The notes under the pieces were generated by a model. That model was given only the letters and a program-made list of their open reading frames with translations, ran no database searches and had not been told where the DNA came from. Below are positions 1 to 13,230 of a stretch of 64,000 bases of DNA, piece after piece. How positions within the stretch are numbered: the stretch's first letter is position 1; every line of letters starts with the position of its first letter. This DNA is from Squalus acanthias (lineage: Eukaryota). A program made the position numbers and the translations under genes. The stretch covers positions 4,774,001-4,838,000 of the forward strand of contig CM059432.1 in NCBI GenBank assembly GCA_030390025.1, in the 5' to 3' direction.

Positions 1-549
1 GCTTTTGCCAAGGGAAGTGTATTTTTGTCTCGGACATAAAATGGCTTCCTTGACACAAAGAGTGATACAAAATGGCCGACTCTGACTTGTTTGGGAAAAG
101 ATAAAGTTGTTTATGACTTCTCATGGAGATGAATTTAAACTTTGCAGACTATGTTGTTTTCATAGTCTGCTAGTACAGAAAAAAAAGGGCTTCTTCTAAT
201 CAACTTGAGATAACCAAGGACTAGTGAAGTAAACAGCCAGCTGCCTTGGCCTTGGTGGGAGAAGAAGAACAGATAGACAGACTCCATGACTGTAGAGATT
301 AGCTAGTCTCATCGTAAGGCATTTCTATTTTTTTAACTTTTAATTTAGCTTACCTTAAACAACATGTCATGTGATATGGAAAGCTTGTATTTTCAGTGTA
401 TAAGGATGTTCCATTTTCTGTGATTTTTCAGAGTGTCATCATAGCCATTGACTGCAGTGCATTCTCCTTGCAAGCAAGTAAATAATAAAGCCTGTCTTTG
501 ACGATACTTTATGTTTCAAGAGTCTTACTCGGAAGTCGAAACTTCGACA
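1..549 (+). mobile_element. Probable 3' part of an LTR, running off the window start
   Basis: TATAA-like motif near 398, AATAAA near 484, ends in ...CGACA at 549 followed by unrelated repeat; the 5' end is not visible. Confidence 0.4.
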
Positions 550-721
550 GCCTGACCCTGCTCACTCGTGCGCGTTATTAACATATGCAAATTGGTGTCC
601 AATGACCCAATGGCATCTTAACAGGACACTGAGAGCCCTTTGGGCATCCCACAACCGCTGCCACGCATGTTCCCCCCGCCTGGCTTCCCTCCCTCTAGGG
701 GGAGTTAAAATTCCCCCCCTT

Positions 722-860
722 AGATTTTTGTTAACCAAAGGTATTGAGGGATGTGGGGCAAAGGCGGGTGGATGGAGTTAGGCCGCAGAACAGCCATGAT
801 CTCACTGAATGGCGGAGCAGGTTCGAGGGGCCGAATGGCCTCCTCCTATTCCGATGTTCC
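722..860 (+). mobile_element. CR1 LINE 3' tail fragment
   Basis: cagccatgatctc...gaatggcggagcagg...gaatggcctcctcct tail shared with many copies in the window. Confidence 0.75.
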
Positions 861-1621
861 CCTAACATTCAAGGCCAGCTTTTGCCAAGGGAACTCAATC
901 GAATCAGTCGCAGTGGGGGGTCATTTTAAACCGAATTCGCCAGGATTGGGTGGATCACCGGTATCACGCGCCACCCAATAATACTCTTCCATTGGGAGTA
1001 AAATCGGACCCGATCTCGTCAGTTTGCCAACAGGCGGGTTCAGCAAAAATTACCCCCAAAATTTGTCCAAACCAGACAAGGGGCAAGGCTGTGGGTGAGA
1101 ATCTTCTTGCAGCCAATGAAAATTAATTGAAAACTTTATTAAATAATGGCCAGACTTCATATGACGCAGAAGTTAGCAGTAAAACATTTTATCAAAAAAA
1201 GACTTTTCATATCTGGCTTACCTTTTAGAAAAATCTAGACAGCCCACTCAAAGACTAGACTGAAAACAGAAAGCAGTGGGACTGCACAATAGATTCATCA
1301 GCTTCTGAAGAGACAAATTCATATTTCGGGTCGAGCCCTTTCGTCACAGTTGAATCTATCCGCGCCATTGTCCTCTCCTAGTCCGAGCGGTCCTGCTCAA
1401 AACCAAGGGTCCCATCCAACGCTCCCTCGACATTGTCTTTGTCGTGCGCGGCCCGTTTATTCCCTTTAAATTTGCTGTGCGGTATCTTAGAGGGAACGAC
1501 TCGTGAGCGGCCTGCGCGGTACCTCCCAGACTGCAGCACGGCCGCGCACGGGCGTAGCTTCGAGGGACGCTTTGGTCCCAACAACTTTTTACAGGATGAA
1601 AGGACGTCGACCTGAAACGTT

Positions 1622-2058
1622 GGCCGGAATTTTCCGGGGTGGTAGCAGACACGATCGGTGGCGGGTCGGTTGTTATTTTTGACAGTGGGTCGGGAACCCG
1701 CTGTCATCCCACCCCCACGCGCCTCTCCCCCACAGGCGCGTCTGTCATCGCGGCGCCGACCCGACCAGCAGCGGCGGGCGACCCAATTGAGATGATTAAC
1801 AGGTAGTTTACAGGCACTTAACAGGCTTTTCCCACTTACTTTTTAAACTTCCCTGCATGGCCACGGGATTCACGGCAGCTCGGGAACCCCGTCTGTCGAC
1901 CTGAGGCGGGAGTTCAGTGGCCATTGCTCCAGCTGATTAATTGACAGCATCAAATGTACAGTAAAAGCTCCCACCTGACAGATGATCACTTTCCTCAGGC
2001 AGAAGCTGTTGCTCAGTCCATTTCCAGCACAGATTCTGCAGGCTGCAAGTTGTAAAGT
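1622..2058. mobile_element. Truncated GC-rich non-autonomous DNA transposon (MITE)
   Basis: Starts GGCCGGAATTT; cgggaacccgctgtca resembles, in reverse complement, the right part of the 5390-6227 MITE. Confidence 0.5.
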
Positions 2059-2061
2059 ACT

Positions 2062-2817
2062 GGCCCAGAAATTCCGTTCACAGCCCTCCCGCGGGCAGAG
2101 GGCTGCGATTTGGAAAAATCTGCGCCTGGACTGGAGGGCTCCCGGGTGGCACAGAGTTCCATTGCTGTGCCTCTTCAAACTGCCGGCGAGCAGTGCTTGC
2201 GTATCCCAGGGGCGCAGGTAGTTCGCAGCGTCCCTGGGATCACGTGGGCCATGGGGAGCCAATCAGAGCAGGGAATCTCCATTCATAGATTTGACAGGAA
2301 GACCTGTCAAATCTATGAATAGAGATCAGCCCCAAAACATAAGTAAAACTTCAAATAAATTTTTTTAAAAACATCACATTTTTAAAATGACTATAAATTA
2401 CATAAATTAACTATTTTAAACAAAAATTAAATTTTTGAAAAAAATAATTAAAGTTTTTAACGGGGCTAAAAATAAACTTACCTTTCTTTAAGTATTTTAA
2501 AATGATAAATCAGTGGGAAAAAAATTTTTTTTTTTACTTTCTTCAACTTTTAGCCTGGTAAAAGCAGGCCTTACGCTTTTACAGGCGCAAGAATTGTAAG
2601 TGTTTTCTGCGGGCGGAGGGTCTCCAAAAAGCGGAACTCTCTGCCCGCAGAGGCCCTTCTCCCGGGCAGCCGGAGGATCTGTCAAGAGCTTTCTTGACAG
2701 ATCGGAAATGCCGGTTTCCAGCGCCTGCGCAGTGCATGCCTGAAACCGGCATTTCCGATGTCCCTACGGGTGAGTACACAGCGCGTACCCACCCGTAGGG
2801 ATCGGAATTTCTGCCTC
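2062..2817. mobile_element. PIF/Harbinger-type MITE, family A
   Basis: TIRs ggcccagaaattccg / cggaatttctgcctc, flanks ACT/ATT; co-linear with 10282-11041. Confidence 0.8.
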
Positions 2818-2989
2818 ATTATCACATGGTTTGTCACATGGTTTGTCAATGTTCCGTCGCCATCTGGCCCGATCTCCGTTAGAAAAATTGCTTTTTTCCA
2901 TTCACGATATACTTTATTTTAAACTTGAATATTCTCATCTGCATCTTCGGTCTCAATAATGTTATTGGCCTTAAAAAACATCTCCATGA

Positions 2990-3190
2990 GAATGTGGAAC
3001 TCACTACCACAAGGAGTAGTTGAGGCAAGTCGTATAGATGCATTTAAGGGGAAGCTAGATACACACATGAGGGGGAAAGGAATAAAGGGTCATGTTGCTA
3101 GAGTTAGATGAAGTAGGGTAGGAGGAGGCTCGTGTGGAACATGATCCAGTTGGGCCGAATGGCCTGTTTCTATGCTGTACATTCTATGTA
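2990..3190 (+). mobile_element. CR1 3' end fragment
   Basis: tggaactcactaccaca...gaatggcctgtttct...attctatg tail. Confidence 0.7.
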
Positions 3191-3259
3191 TTATTGCTGA
3201 TTATTACCATTGCAATGTGCAGTGAGTCAGTGACTCACTAATGTCATGGTAAGGCATGC

Positions 3260-3782
3260 GAGAACAGTGTTCTTGCTCAGGCCAACATCCCCAGCATCGA
3301 AGCTTTGACCACGCTCGATCAGCTCCGATGGACGGGCCACATCGTCTGCATGCCCGATATGAGACTCCCAAAACAAGCGCTCTACTCGGAGCTCCGACAC
3401 GGCAAGAGAGCCCCAGGTGGGCAGAGGAAACGATTCAAGGACACCCTCAAAGCCTCCTTGAAAAAGTGCAACATCCCCACCGACACCTGGGAATCCCTGG
3501 CCCAAGACCACACAAAGTGGAGGAGAAGTATCCGGGAAGGTGCCGAACACCTCGAGTCTCTTCGCCGGGAGCAAGCGGAAGCCAAGCGCAAACAGCGGAA
3601 GGAGCGCACGTCAACCCAAGCACCCCACCCACCCGCCCCTTCAACCACCGTCTGCCCCACCTGTAACAGAGACTGTAGGTCCCACATTGGACTCATCAGT
3701 CACCTGAGAACTCATTTTTAATGTGGAAGCAAGTCATCCTCGGGTTCCGAGGGACTGCCTAAGAAAAGAGAAGAGAAGAAGA
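3260..3782 (+). mobile_element. 5'-truncated RTE-clade (BovB-like) LINE
   Basis: ORF 3305-3721 QLRWTGHI...RLPKQALYSEL...CPTCNRDCRSHIGLISHLRTH (C-terminal zinc finger), A/G-rich tail, 11-bp TSD GTAAGGCATGC at 3249-3259 and 3783-3793. Confidence 0.92.
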
Positions 3783-4339
3783 GTAAGGCATGCACTAATT
3801 AGAGGGTTCATTAGGGATGGGATGGCATTGCTGATGACTCCTTCCATCACTTTGCTGTTGATTGGGAGGAGGCTGATAGGGCGGTAGTTCGCTGGGCTGG
3901 TCTTCTCAGGATTTTATGATTAGGACATACCCAGACAATTTTACAGATTGTCAGGTAGATGCCAATGTTGTAGCTGTGCTGAGAGAGTCAAGCAAGGAGG
4001 GTGTGAGAGCGCTGGAAAAGTACCCTGAAAAATATTTATAAATCTTCACCTTAATTCCTCATTAAGACCTGATAGAGGTCTTTAAGATTAGGGAAGGGTT
4101 TGATAGGGTAGACGTAGAGAAAATGTTTCCTCTCCTGGTAACTTGGTTGCTCAGTGATATACCAGCGGTGCCTCATATCTGCCCATCACATTCTCATTAA
4201 ATTGGTTAGGAAGGACCAATGGTCACAATTTTAAGTTGCACAAGGCCAGGTCTGGGTTGGATGTCAGGAAGTGCTTCTTTTCCCAGAGAATAGTGAACCT
4301 TTGGAACACTATTCTCTGGGAAAAGAACCGAGTGGGGTT

Positions 4340-4752
4340 TAGAAACATAGAAAAATAGGAGCAGGAGTCGGCCATTCGGCCCTTCGAGCCTGCTCCGCCA
4401 TTCAATATGATCATGGCTGATCCTCTATCTCAACACCATATTCCCACTCTCTCCCCATACCTCTTGATGCCTTTTGTGTCTAGAAATCTATCGATCTCCT
4501 TCTTAAATATATTCAGTGACTTGGCCTCCACAGCCTTCTGTGGTAGAGAATTCCACAGGTTCACCACCCTCTGAGTGAAGAAATTTCTCCTCATCTCAGT
4601 CCTAAATGTCCTACCCCGTATCCTGAGACTGTGACCCCTCGTTCTAGACCCCCCCCCCAGCCAGGGGAAACATCCTCCCTGCATCCAGTCTGTCTAGCAC
4701 GGTCAGAATTTTATACATTTCAACGAGATCCCCTCTCATTCTTCTAAACTCT
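4340..4752 (-). mobile_element. CR1 3' fragment
   Basis: ORF 4430-4684 SRTRGHSLRIRG...FFTQRVVNLWNSLP, plus CR1 3' UTR. Confidence 0.9.
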
Positions 4753-5067
4753 ATAAACTATAAACTTTATTGCTCAGCCAACACCCAGGAGTGAACTATG
4801 CCTCACTGAACTCATCAAGTTGTCTTATATCAACCAAAATCGGATTATATTCGTGTTCACTCTACCAGCCGCCAACTAAGATACACGCAAGCTGCTGAGA
4901 GATTGAATGAACCCTTTCTTTCCCAATCTTCAATAAAAACACAAGTCGTGCACTTCAGAATCTTAATTAGTAGCACTTAACACTTGGGTGTGCAAATGAT
5001 TAATAGATAGGGTTAACTAACAAAATGAATAACAGAAGTTATATAGAGATAGTTCATTTTTTTAAAT

Positions 5068-6297
5068 TCATTCATGGGATGTGGGCGTCGCTGGCAAGGC
5101 TAGCATTTATTGCCCATCCCTAATCGCCCTTGAGAAGGTGGTGGTGAGCCGCCGCCTTCTTGACAGCTGAGTGTCTCGCTGGGCCATTTCAGAGGGCTGT
5201 TAAGTGTCAACCACATTGCTGTGGGTCTGGAGTCACACACAGGCCAGACCGGGTAAGGACGGCAGATTTCCTTCCCTAAAGGACATTAGTGAACCAGATG
5301 GGTTGTTACGACAATCCAGTAGTTTCACGGTTACCATTACTGATAATTCCAGATTTATTTAATCTGCCGTGGTGGGATTTGAACTCACAGCCGCAATTTT
5401 GCGTTCGGTGTCGGGATGGGTGCGGGTCAGCTGGTTTCCAGGTTCCGGTCCCGCCCCCAGCTGCCTCCGCTCCACAGACGTGATTTTCCCTTGATTGGCC
5501 TTGTTAAGGCCAATTAACAGGAAACGGGTCTGATGACGTCATTTGATGACGCGTCATCTGCCGGTTTCCTTAAAGGGACCATGCACAATTTTATTTTGAC
5601 TGCTGATTTCTCAGTGTTTGACAGCATTGAGGTGCTGAAAACACTGACGATCACTGCACAAAGGTGAACTCTTGCACCCAGGCTCTCCAATGACTCCCTC
5701 CATATGCTGGAATAGATGGCAGCTGCAGGTGAGATGACACTGGTGAGAGAGGTTCTCCCAATGAGGTGACACTGGACATATAGTTGGATTTAAAAACTTG
5801 TAAGCTAAAGAAATCTGTATATGTATTAAAAATGCAGTAACCAACATTTTCTTTGCTCTGAAACTCACCATGTGCAACATTGCATCCTTCACACCACTTC
5901 TGCAGCTGTCATCTTTTCACAAACATTACAGCAGACTCACAACACGCCACACTTACCTGGCGTGGTGTCCGGACGTCTGGGAACCTGACCCAGAAGCGGG
6001 AAAATCGAAAAACAGGCTGAAAACTACTGACAAGTACCTGTTAATAGGCAGGTAATTGCCTTTAATCCGTTTCCCGCCACTAGGTGTCGGGTCCATTCGC
6101 AAATCGGGGCCCCGACACTTGGGAAGATTGTTTGGAGGTGGATTGACGGCGGGTTCGGGACCCGCCGTCAATCAATAGGACTTTAACCTCTGACCCGCCT
6201 CTCTGAGCGCCGGCAAAATCACAGCCCACATCTCCGTATCATTAGTCCGGGCCTCTGGATTACTAGTCCAGTAACATAACCACTCTGCCACCGTACC
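5068..6297 (-). mobile_element. tRNA-derived SINE (second family), split by a MITE
   Basis: Same body as 41665-42044, 51518-51945 and 61270-61683; B-box-like gttcaaatccc on the minus strand; head resumes after 6230. Confidence 0.75.
5390..6227. mobile_element. Harbinger-type MITE inserted in a SINE
   Basis: Imperfect TIRs gccgcaattttgc / gcaaaatcacagccc; TSD ACA at 5387-5389 and 6228-6230. Confidence 0.75.
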
Positions 6298-6731
6298 CAG
6301 GAATTCAGCAATAACCTGGTTTGCTAATTATCCATTTACAGTTCAGACCAGTGTCTGCGATGATATAAATTACTGAGATTAATTATACTCTTTAGAGAGC
6401 TGACAAGGTAACAGCATTAGATTGAAAGTCTAGTGGGTAGATTAGAGTCATGGGCTGGATTTTGTCAGTGTGGGTGGGCTGGGGCGTGTCAGGTGGAAAT
6501 CGTTTCAGGACCCCAACTCCTAAGTGAAGTGCTGAAAAAGTGGGATTTTCCCCTAATTGGGCAATTGATTTCCTGCGTGTGGGAACACCTGGCCCAATGA
6601 GTCTTTTCATACAGAAAGTCGCCTCTGATGACGTCATCAATGCTGCTGGATTTAAGACCCGCAAGCAGCCTTGCCTCCTCTGGAGTCTGCAAAGGCTCTG
6701 CAAATTGTATGAAGGTGTTGATTTCCCGACA

Positions 6732-8671
6732 ATGTCCACGATTAAGCAAAAGTGTGCACCTCGGTTTGATGAGCCCTCCCTCCAAGCTCTGGTGCACGGA
6801 GCCAGATGAAGGAGGTGCTGTTCCCTTCCTCAGGGAGAAAAAAACCACCCCAGCAGACAAAAGCTGTGTGGCTACAAGTGGCCCAGGAGGTCAACTCCAT
6901 TTCGCTGAGCCGCAGAACCTGGCTGCAGTGCAGGAAGAGGTTTCATGATCTTCTCCGCACAGGAAAAGTGAGTATGACTTTCCCATCACCCTCAATCTGA
7001 TCCCCATCGCCTCTCCTCACCAGCACTCTGCTTTGCCAACCTCTTCCTCCACATGCCACTTGACACTTACATCCCTGCACCCTTACCCATTCCCTCTCTG
7101 TCGAAGGTCACATTCACTTAACTATTTGACCATGCAGCCCTCACACTCCCTATCACTGTGATGCCTGACAACAACAACTTTCAACACACCGGGACGGTCC
7201 TTTGTATCCTTCTAAGCATCTATGCTATGGATTATCTACACTCACTCCTTCATTCTCACTCAAACTCCACTTGTGTCCCTCATTGCGGGAAAAGAGAGCC
7301 CACAATAAGAGGGAAAGAGCGAGGACAGGAGGAGGGCCACCCTCAGTAGCCCAGCTCACCGCCTGAGAGGAGGCGGCCCTGGAAATCGCCGTGATCGAGG
7401 AGGATTCCCAACTGGGGGACTGACAGATGGGCGCATCACAGCAAGCTGGTGACAGAATAGTTTGGCATCTCTCTCATTGATATTGCATGAGTCACTGATA
7501 ATGAATCTGATGCTCTAACAGATTGACTTATGATCATCTGCACTATTCAATGTTCATGTAACATTGACCGCACATCTCTAACTCTTTCCTTTACTCCCCC
7601 ACAGGACCATCGAAAGCTCCCATCCCCACTGTCCAGGAGGAAGAGCCTGAGCTTCCAGACTCCTCAGAGGAAGCTGCAACCTCTGAGGGCGCAGCCTCAG
7701 CAGAATTCAGCGCACCCAGCACCAGCGCAGACACTCACACCTCGGTGGGACCTTCGCGAGATAGAGTAGTGTTGGCACCTGGTGTATCACAGCTCACAAG
7801 TGAGCATCAGCAGATGGTGGAGACAGGGACAGCAGTGGAGAGTCCTCGTCAGAGGGCGCAGGACTCTGCCAGCTCGGCTAAGCTGCATGTCGACCCTGTG
7901 CCTCCTGGACCATCCAGAACAAGAGTGGTCCTGGAACTCCAGGAACAGGTGCAGGAGTCTCTGGCAGGTTTTGTCTCCAGGGTCGCTGCGCGTGTTGAGC
8001 GAATGGAGGAGTCCATCGCGAACATGAGCAGAGCCTTTGTGGAGGCTTTGGCGCATGAACGCATCACCACGGAAAGGATGGCAACCTCCGTGGAAAGGAT
8101 GGCTACAGTAGAGGAGAGGCTGGCTACGGCCATGGAGGAGCTAAGTCGCCAGAGTGTAGAAAACATGGTCATTGTTCAGAATAGACTGGCATCTCTTGAG
8201 GAGTGATGGTCAGCTACTGAACATAGAAACCAGACCTTCACGGAAGTCCTCTGGAGTAGGACTTCCAGTGCAGAAACGGGTCCTCATGGCCCCCCTGAAG
8301 TGCAGCAAGGTGCTGTCAAGCCACTTGCTAGCTCTGAAGTGGGGCTGACCCATGAGAGGGATGTTGGTGGCAGACAACAAGGAAGTGGGGGCTCCTCTCC
8401 AAGTGCTCAAACGACCATGCCACTGCAAAGCCCTCGGTCAGAGCCCCACCAGAGTCCTCACCCAACTGAGATGGGCGTCTCATCCCCTGCATAGCCACGG
8501 GAGCAGCTGACTGTTGCCGAGCCCTCACAGGTTCACAACCCCAGAGGACGCCTGCCAAAGATGTCAAGACAGGAGCAGCAAGAAAGTGAGCAAGGGGCCT
8601 CCACATCTGCTGAAGCCACAGGGGAAGCACCACGTAGGAGTACGCGTAAGAGGAAGATCATGCACAAGTAG
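6732..8671 (+). pseudogene. Harbinger Myb/SANT-like DNA-binding protein gene, 3 exons, disabled
   Basis: MSTIKQKCAPRFDEPSLQALV...W..VAQEV...RTWLQCRKRFHDLLRTGK then gtgagt; frameshift near 6807, exon-2 acceptor AG changed to GG, several in-frame stops. Confidence 0.85.
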
Positions 8672-8929
8672 TCACAAGGGTAGTCACTTGGGTGTTATGT
8701 TGTGTTTATTTTTGAAATGCCACCAGTTGCTTGTTGTGATAAAAAATTCTGATGGCAAACTGTTGAAGTTGTGGCCTGTGTCATTTCGCAAATGGGACTT
8801 CCACATTGAGGTCTTAGAGCGACTTGCAATTGTCAGTATGGTGGTCAGAGTGATAGGAATCCGCAGGTTCTTGTCCATTGTCGATGCTCTGGTAAGAAGG
8901 TGCGAGGCAAAAGTGCTTGATTGTATAGG

Positions 8930-9156
8930 CTAAGCAAATGTGACCAACAGGAGTGCGTCCCTTGCATCCCGGGCAGCAATGTGGTCGCGCTCTGGCGCTT
9001 TCTGGCCTGTGCATCTTCAGGTGGGTGACTAGCAGCTTGGCGCTCCTGTTGATGCTCCTGCTGTTGTTGCTGCTGTTGCTCATGGTTCTGCTGCTGCCAC
9101 GGCTGGTCTTCATCCGAATCTGATGTCCAGGAGGAAAGGAATTAAATGGTCGCCAT
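8930..9156 (-). pseudogene. Internally deleted Harbinger transposase remnant (N-terminus joined to C-terminus)
   Basis: MATI...DSDEDQP + Gln-rich tract, then in another frame RDHIAARDARDALLLVTFA*; no DDE core; assignment from position and recalled HARBI1-like termini. Confidence 0.6.
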
Positions 9157-9687
9157 GCTTCTGGTATATGCCTCAGTTGAGGAAGCGCTCAGTCAAGGTG
9201 GCGAGAGGGGTTTCCCAGGAGGCCACACTGGAGATGGGTGTCAGGCTCCAAACTTCCACAACACTGAGTATGCCTGCTAAAAGTTCCCCCAGACCTGAAA
9301 CAACAAAGATCTGCCACCTGCAAATGATCATTGGTGAAAACTCCTTTGTAATGGTGGAGCTGCAGCTGTTAGTAAGCAATCCACTAGTGAGGCCGCCAGG
9401 ATTACCTGGCGTGTTCCAGAGGAAGCGTGAGGGATGGGGGGAATGACTAAAAATCGGAAAGGCCTTTCAAAATGGGATTATAGAGGCTATTAAGTGGTTG
9501 TTAAGGGCCTTAAGGGCCTATCCCGCCTCTTGGAGGCGGGATGGAAAGGGGGTCAGAAAACACGCTTTTGGGAAAATTGCTCGGAGGCAGGATGGAGGTG
9601 GGATTGGGCCCGCCCACCATTTTTGGCGATTTTAACAACTGACACGCCTCCAATCCCGCCTCCTCGGGCCTGGCAAAATCGAGCCCA

Positions 9688-11885
9688 CAGAGTCATAACG
9701 GTACAGAAGGAGGCCATTCGGCCCATCGAGTCCGTGCCGGCTCTCTGTAGAGCTCAGTCCCATTCCCCCGCTCTATCCCCGTAGCCCTGCAAGTTTATTT
9801 CCCTCAAGTGCCTCTCCAGTCTCCCCTTGAGAACATTGAGTGTCTCCACTTCCACCACTTCCGTCGGCAGCGAGTTCCAGGCCCTCACCACTCGCTGCGT
9901 AAAAAGGTTTTTCCTCACATCCCCCCTGTATCTCTTGCCCAAAACCTTAAATCTGTGTCCCCGAGTCCTTGTACCATCAACTAGTGGGAGCAGCCTTTCC
10001 CCGTCTAGCCTATCCAAACCCGTCATAATCTTGTACACCTCTATCAAATCACCCCGCAACCTCCTTTGCTCTAATGAAAACAAATCCAGCTTCTCCAACC
10101 TGTCCTTGTAGCTAAGGTCCCCCATCCCCAGAACCATTCTGGTAAATCTCCTCTGCACCCTCTTGAGGGCCTTCACATCCTTCCTAAAGTGTGGTGACCA
10201 GAACTGGACGCAATACTCCAGTTGTGGCCTAACCAGCGCGTTATAAAGGTTCAGCATAACTTCTCTACTTTTGTACTCAATGGCCCAGAAATTCGGCTCC
10301 CTGGCTTCCCGCGGGGGTAAGGATCCCGCGCGCACCTACCTACCGCACCTGCCGTTGACCTCTGGGCCCACGGGGACTTCGGCTCCTGGGCCTCCTGCAG
10401 CTGCCAGCGCGCAGTGCTTGTGTGCCCCAGGGGCGCAGTTAGTGCGATGCGTCCCCTGGGATCACGTGGGCCCTGGAGAGCCAATGGCAGCAGACCATCT
10501 TTCATTCATAGATTTGAAGACCTGTCAAATCTGTGAATTGAAATCGGCCCCAAAACAACACCTAAAATTCAAATAAATTTTTTTAAAAACCATCACATTT
10601 TTAAAATAACTATAAGTTAAATAAATTAACTACTTTAAACAAAAATTTAAATTTTTGAAAAAATTAAAATACTTTTTAACAGTGCTAAAAATAAACTTAC
10701 CTTTCTTTAAAGTATCTAAAAAAGATAAACCTGCTAAAAAAAATTTAAGTTGTAATTAATTAACCACTTACCTTGTTGAAAACGGGTCCTGCGCCTCCTT
10801 TTTAAAAGCGCAGCTTCTTCAATACTTACCTTCCCGGAGAAACCTGAAAAAAAACCTAAGTTCGCTGCGTGCGCGCAGCCTCTCCCGCGCACGTGGTTCA
10901 CCTCTGAACCCCTCCCTTCACGAGACCGGAAGTTCCGGTTTCCCGCGCATGCGCAGTGCATGCAGGAAACCGGCACTTCAGGAGGCCTTACGGGTGAGTA
11001 CACAGCGCGTACTCACCCGGCAAGTGCCGAATTTTTGGCCCAATACCTCTATTTATGAAGCCCCAAGATCACATATGCTTTGTCAACCACTCTCTCAATA
11101 TGTCCGCCACCTTCAGGGACCTATGCACCATCTCAAGGGCAATTAGGGATGGGCAATAAATGCTGGCCTTGCCAGCGACACCCACATCCCATAAACAAAT
11201 TAAAAAAAACTCCCAGGTCACTCTGTCCCTACACACTCTTTAAAACTGTGCCATTAAATGTATATTGCCTCTCCCTGTTCCTTCTGCCAAAATGCATCAC
11301 CTCACACTTCTCTGTATTAAATTCCATCTGCCACTTGTCTGCCCATTCTGCTAGCCTTTCCACGTCCTGTTGCAGCCGATTGGTATCATCCTCACTGTCT
11401 ACCACACCCCCAAGTTTGGTGTCATTGGCAAATTTAGAAATTCTATTCTGTATTCCAATATCCAGGCCATTTATATATATATCAATAAAGCAGTGGCCCC
11501 AGCACTGACCCTTGGGGAATACCACTGTCCACCATCCTCCAGTCTGAAAAACAGCCATTTACCACAACTTGCAGTTTTCTATCCTTAAGCCAATACCTTA
11601 TCCAAACTGCCACTGACCCACCTATTCCATGAGCCTCAATTTTGTTAACAAGCCTCCTATGTGGTACTTTGTCAAACACCTTCCTAAAATCCATGTAGAC
11701 AACATCCATTGCCTTCCCTTCATCAATCCTCCCTGTTACTTCATCAAAAAATTCAATTAGACTAGTCAAACACAATCTGCCTTTTACAAATCCGTGTTGG
11801 CTCTCCTTAATTAGCTTAAACCTCTCCAAGTGCCCGTTAATTTTTTCCTTGATTATTGTTTCTTAAACGTTACTCACCACTGATG
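9688..11885 (-). mobile_element. CR1 LINE (RT to 3' tail), interrupted by a MITE
   Basis: ORF pieces QHGFVKGRLCLTSL, KFANDTKL, LVRPQLEYCVQFWSPH, RTRGHRFK. Confidence 0.93.
10282..11041. mobile_element. PIF/Harbinger-type MITE, family A
   Basis: 15-bp TIRs with 2 mismatches; perfect TSD AAT at 10279-10281 and 11042-11044; removal restores the CR1 sequence ttgtactcaatacctct. Confidence 0.9.
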
Positions 11886-12094
11886 CCTGTAGTTGCTAGG
11901 ATTGTCCTTACACCCTTTCTTGAACAATGGTGTCACCAGTCTATGTGCTGGAGGTTAGCAATGTTTTCAGATCTTACACAGCCTCACCTTCATAAGCTGT
12001 GTGTTGGAACTGGGTCTCTCGCCTTCCTCTGGGGCGATGGTATTGGCTTCTGGGGCATTGGGTAATGAACTCCTTCTGCAGCAGTGTTAATGTT

Positions 12095-12308
12095 TCAAAT
12101 CATGAACGGGTTTTTGATCGAGTAAATCGCGAGAAACTGTTTCCACTGGCAGGAGGGTCGGTTAGCAGATATAAGCTCATTGGCAAAAGAACCAGAGGGA
12201 GGAGATGAGGTGAATTTTTTAAGCAGCGAGTTGTTGTGATCTGGAAGACGCTGCCTGAAAGGGCGCTGGAAGCAGATTCAATAGTAACTTTCAAAAGGGA
12301 ACTGGATA
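12095..12308 (+). mobile_element. CR1 fragment
   Basis: FDRVNREKLFPLAGGS motif and degenerate continuation. Confidence 0.75.
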
Positions 12309-12420
12309 CACAATCAAAAGTACAAAAGCAAAATACTGCGGATGCTGGAAATCTGAAATAAAAACAGAAAATGCTGGAAATACTCAGCAGGTCAGGCAGC
12401 GTCTGTGGAGAGAGAAACAG

Positions 12421-12457
12421 AGTTAACGTTTCAGGTCGATGACCTGTCGTCAGAAAT
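12421..12457 (-). ncRNA. Minimal type I hammerhead ribozyme motif (Penelope-associated)
   Basis: Minus strand reads auuu CUGACGA c agguc auc gaccu GAAA cg UU aacu; stem I is weak. Confidence 0.6.
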
Positions 12458-13006
12458 CGCCCTTTCATCAACCTGAAACTATGGGCTCGATTTTGCCAGG
12501 ACCAAGGAGGCGGGATTGGAGGCGTGTGAGGTGGTAAAATCGCAAAAAATGGCGGGCGGGGCCGATCCCGCCTCCATCCCGCCTCCGAGCAATTTTCCCA
12601 AATGCGTGTTTTCTGATCCCGTTTCCATCCCGCCTCCAAGAGGCAGGATAGGCCCTTAAGGCCCTTAACAACCAGTTAAGTGCCGCTCTAATCCCATTTT
12701 GAGAGGCCTTTCTGATTTTCCCACTTTTCCCACGTCCTGCATGTCTCCCCTGGAACACGCCAGTGAATCCTGGCGGCCTCACAAGTGGATTGCTTACTAA
12801 CAGCTGCAGCTCATTAAAAAGGAGTTTTCACCAATGATCATTTGCAGGTGGCAGAACTTTGTTGTCTCAGGTCTGGGGGAACTTTTAGCAGGCATACTCA
12901 TTGCTGTGGAAGTTTGGAGCCTGAGACCCATCTCCAGTGTGACCTCTGGGAAACCCCTCTCGCCACCTTGACTGAGTGCTTCCTCAACTGAGTATATACC
13001 AGAAGC

Positions 13007-13230
13007 ATGGGAACCATTTATTTCCTTTCCTCCTGGACAACAGATTCGGACGAAGACCAGCCGCAGCAGTTGAACCATGAACAACAGCAGCACCAACAGC
13101 AGCAGCAACAACAGGAGCGCCAAGCTGCTGCTCACCCACCTGAAGCTGTACAGGCCAGAAGGCGCCAGCGCGCGACCACATTGCTGCTCGGGATGCAAGG
13201 GATGCACTCATCTTGGCCAGATTTGCTTAG
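13007..13230 (+). pseudogene. Internally deleted Harbinger transposase remnant
   Basis: MGTIYFLSSWTTDSDEDQPQQ-polyQ...RRRQ, then in another frame RDHIAARDARDALILARFA* (13171-13230); same junction as copy 1. Confidence 0.6.

Larger units (their letters stand above)
6452..9686 (+). mobile_element. Non-autonomous PIF/Harbinger-type DNA transposon, copy 1
   Basis: TIRs gggctggattttgtca / tggcaaaatcgagccc; contains a Myb/SANT-like gene (+) and a transposase-like remnant (-); co-linear with inverted copy 12483-15737. Confidence 0.88.

Noticed and set aside
13060..13115. CAG/CAA polyQ tract as a host repeat-expansion locus
   Set aside because: It lies inside the transposase remnant and has a counterpart in copy 1
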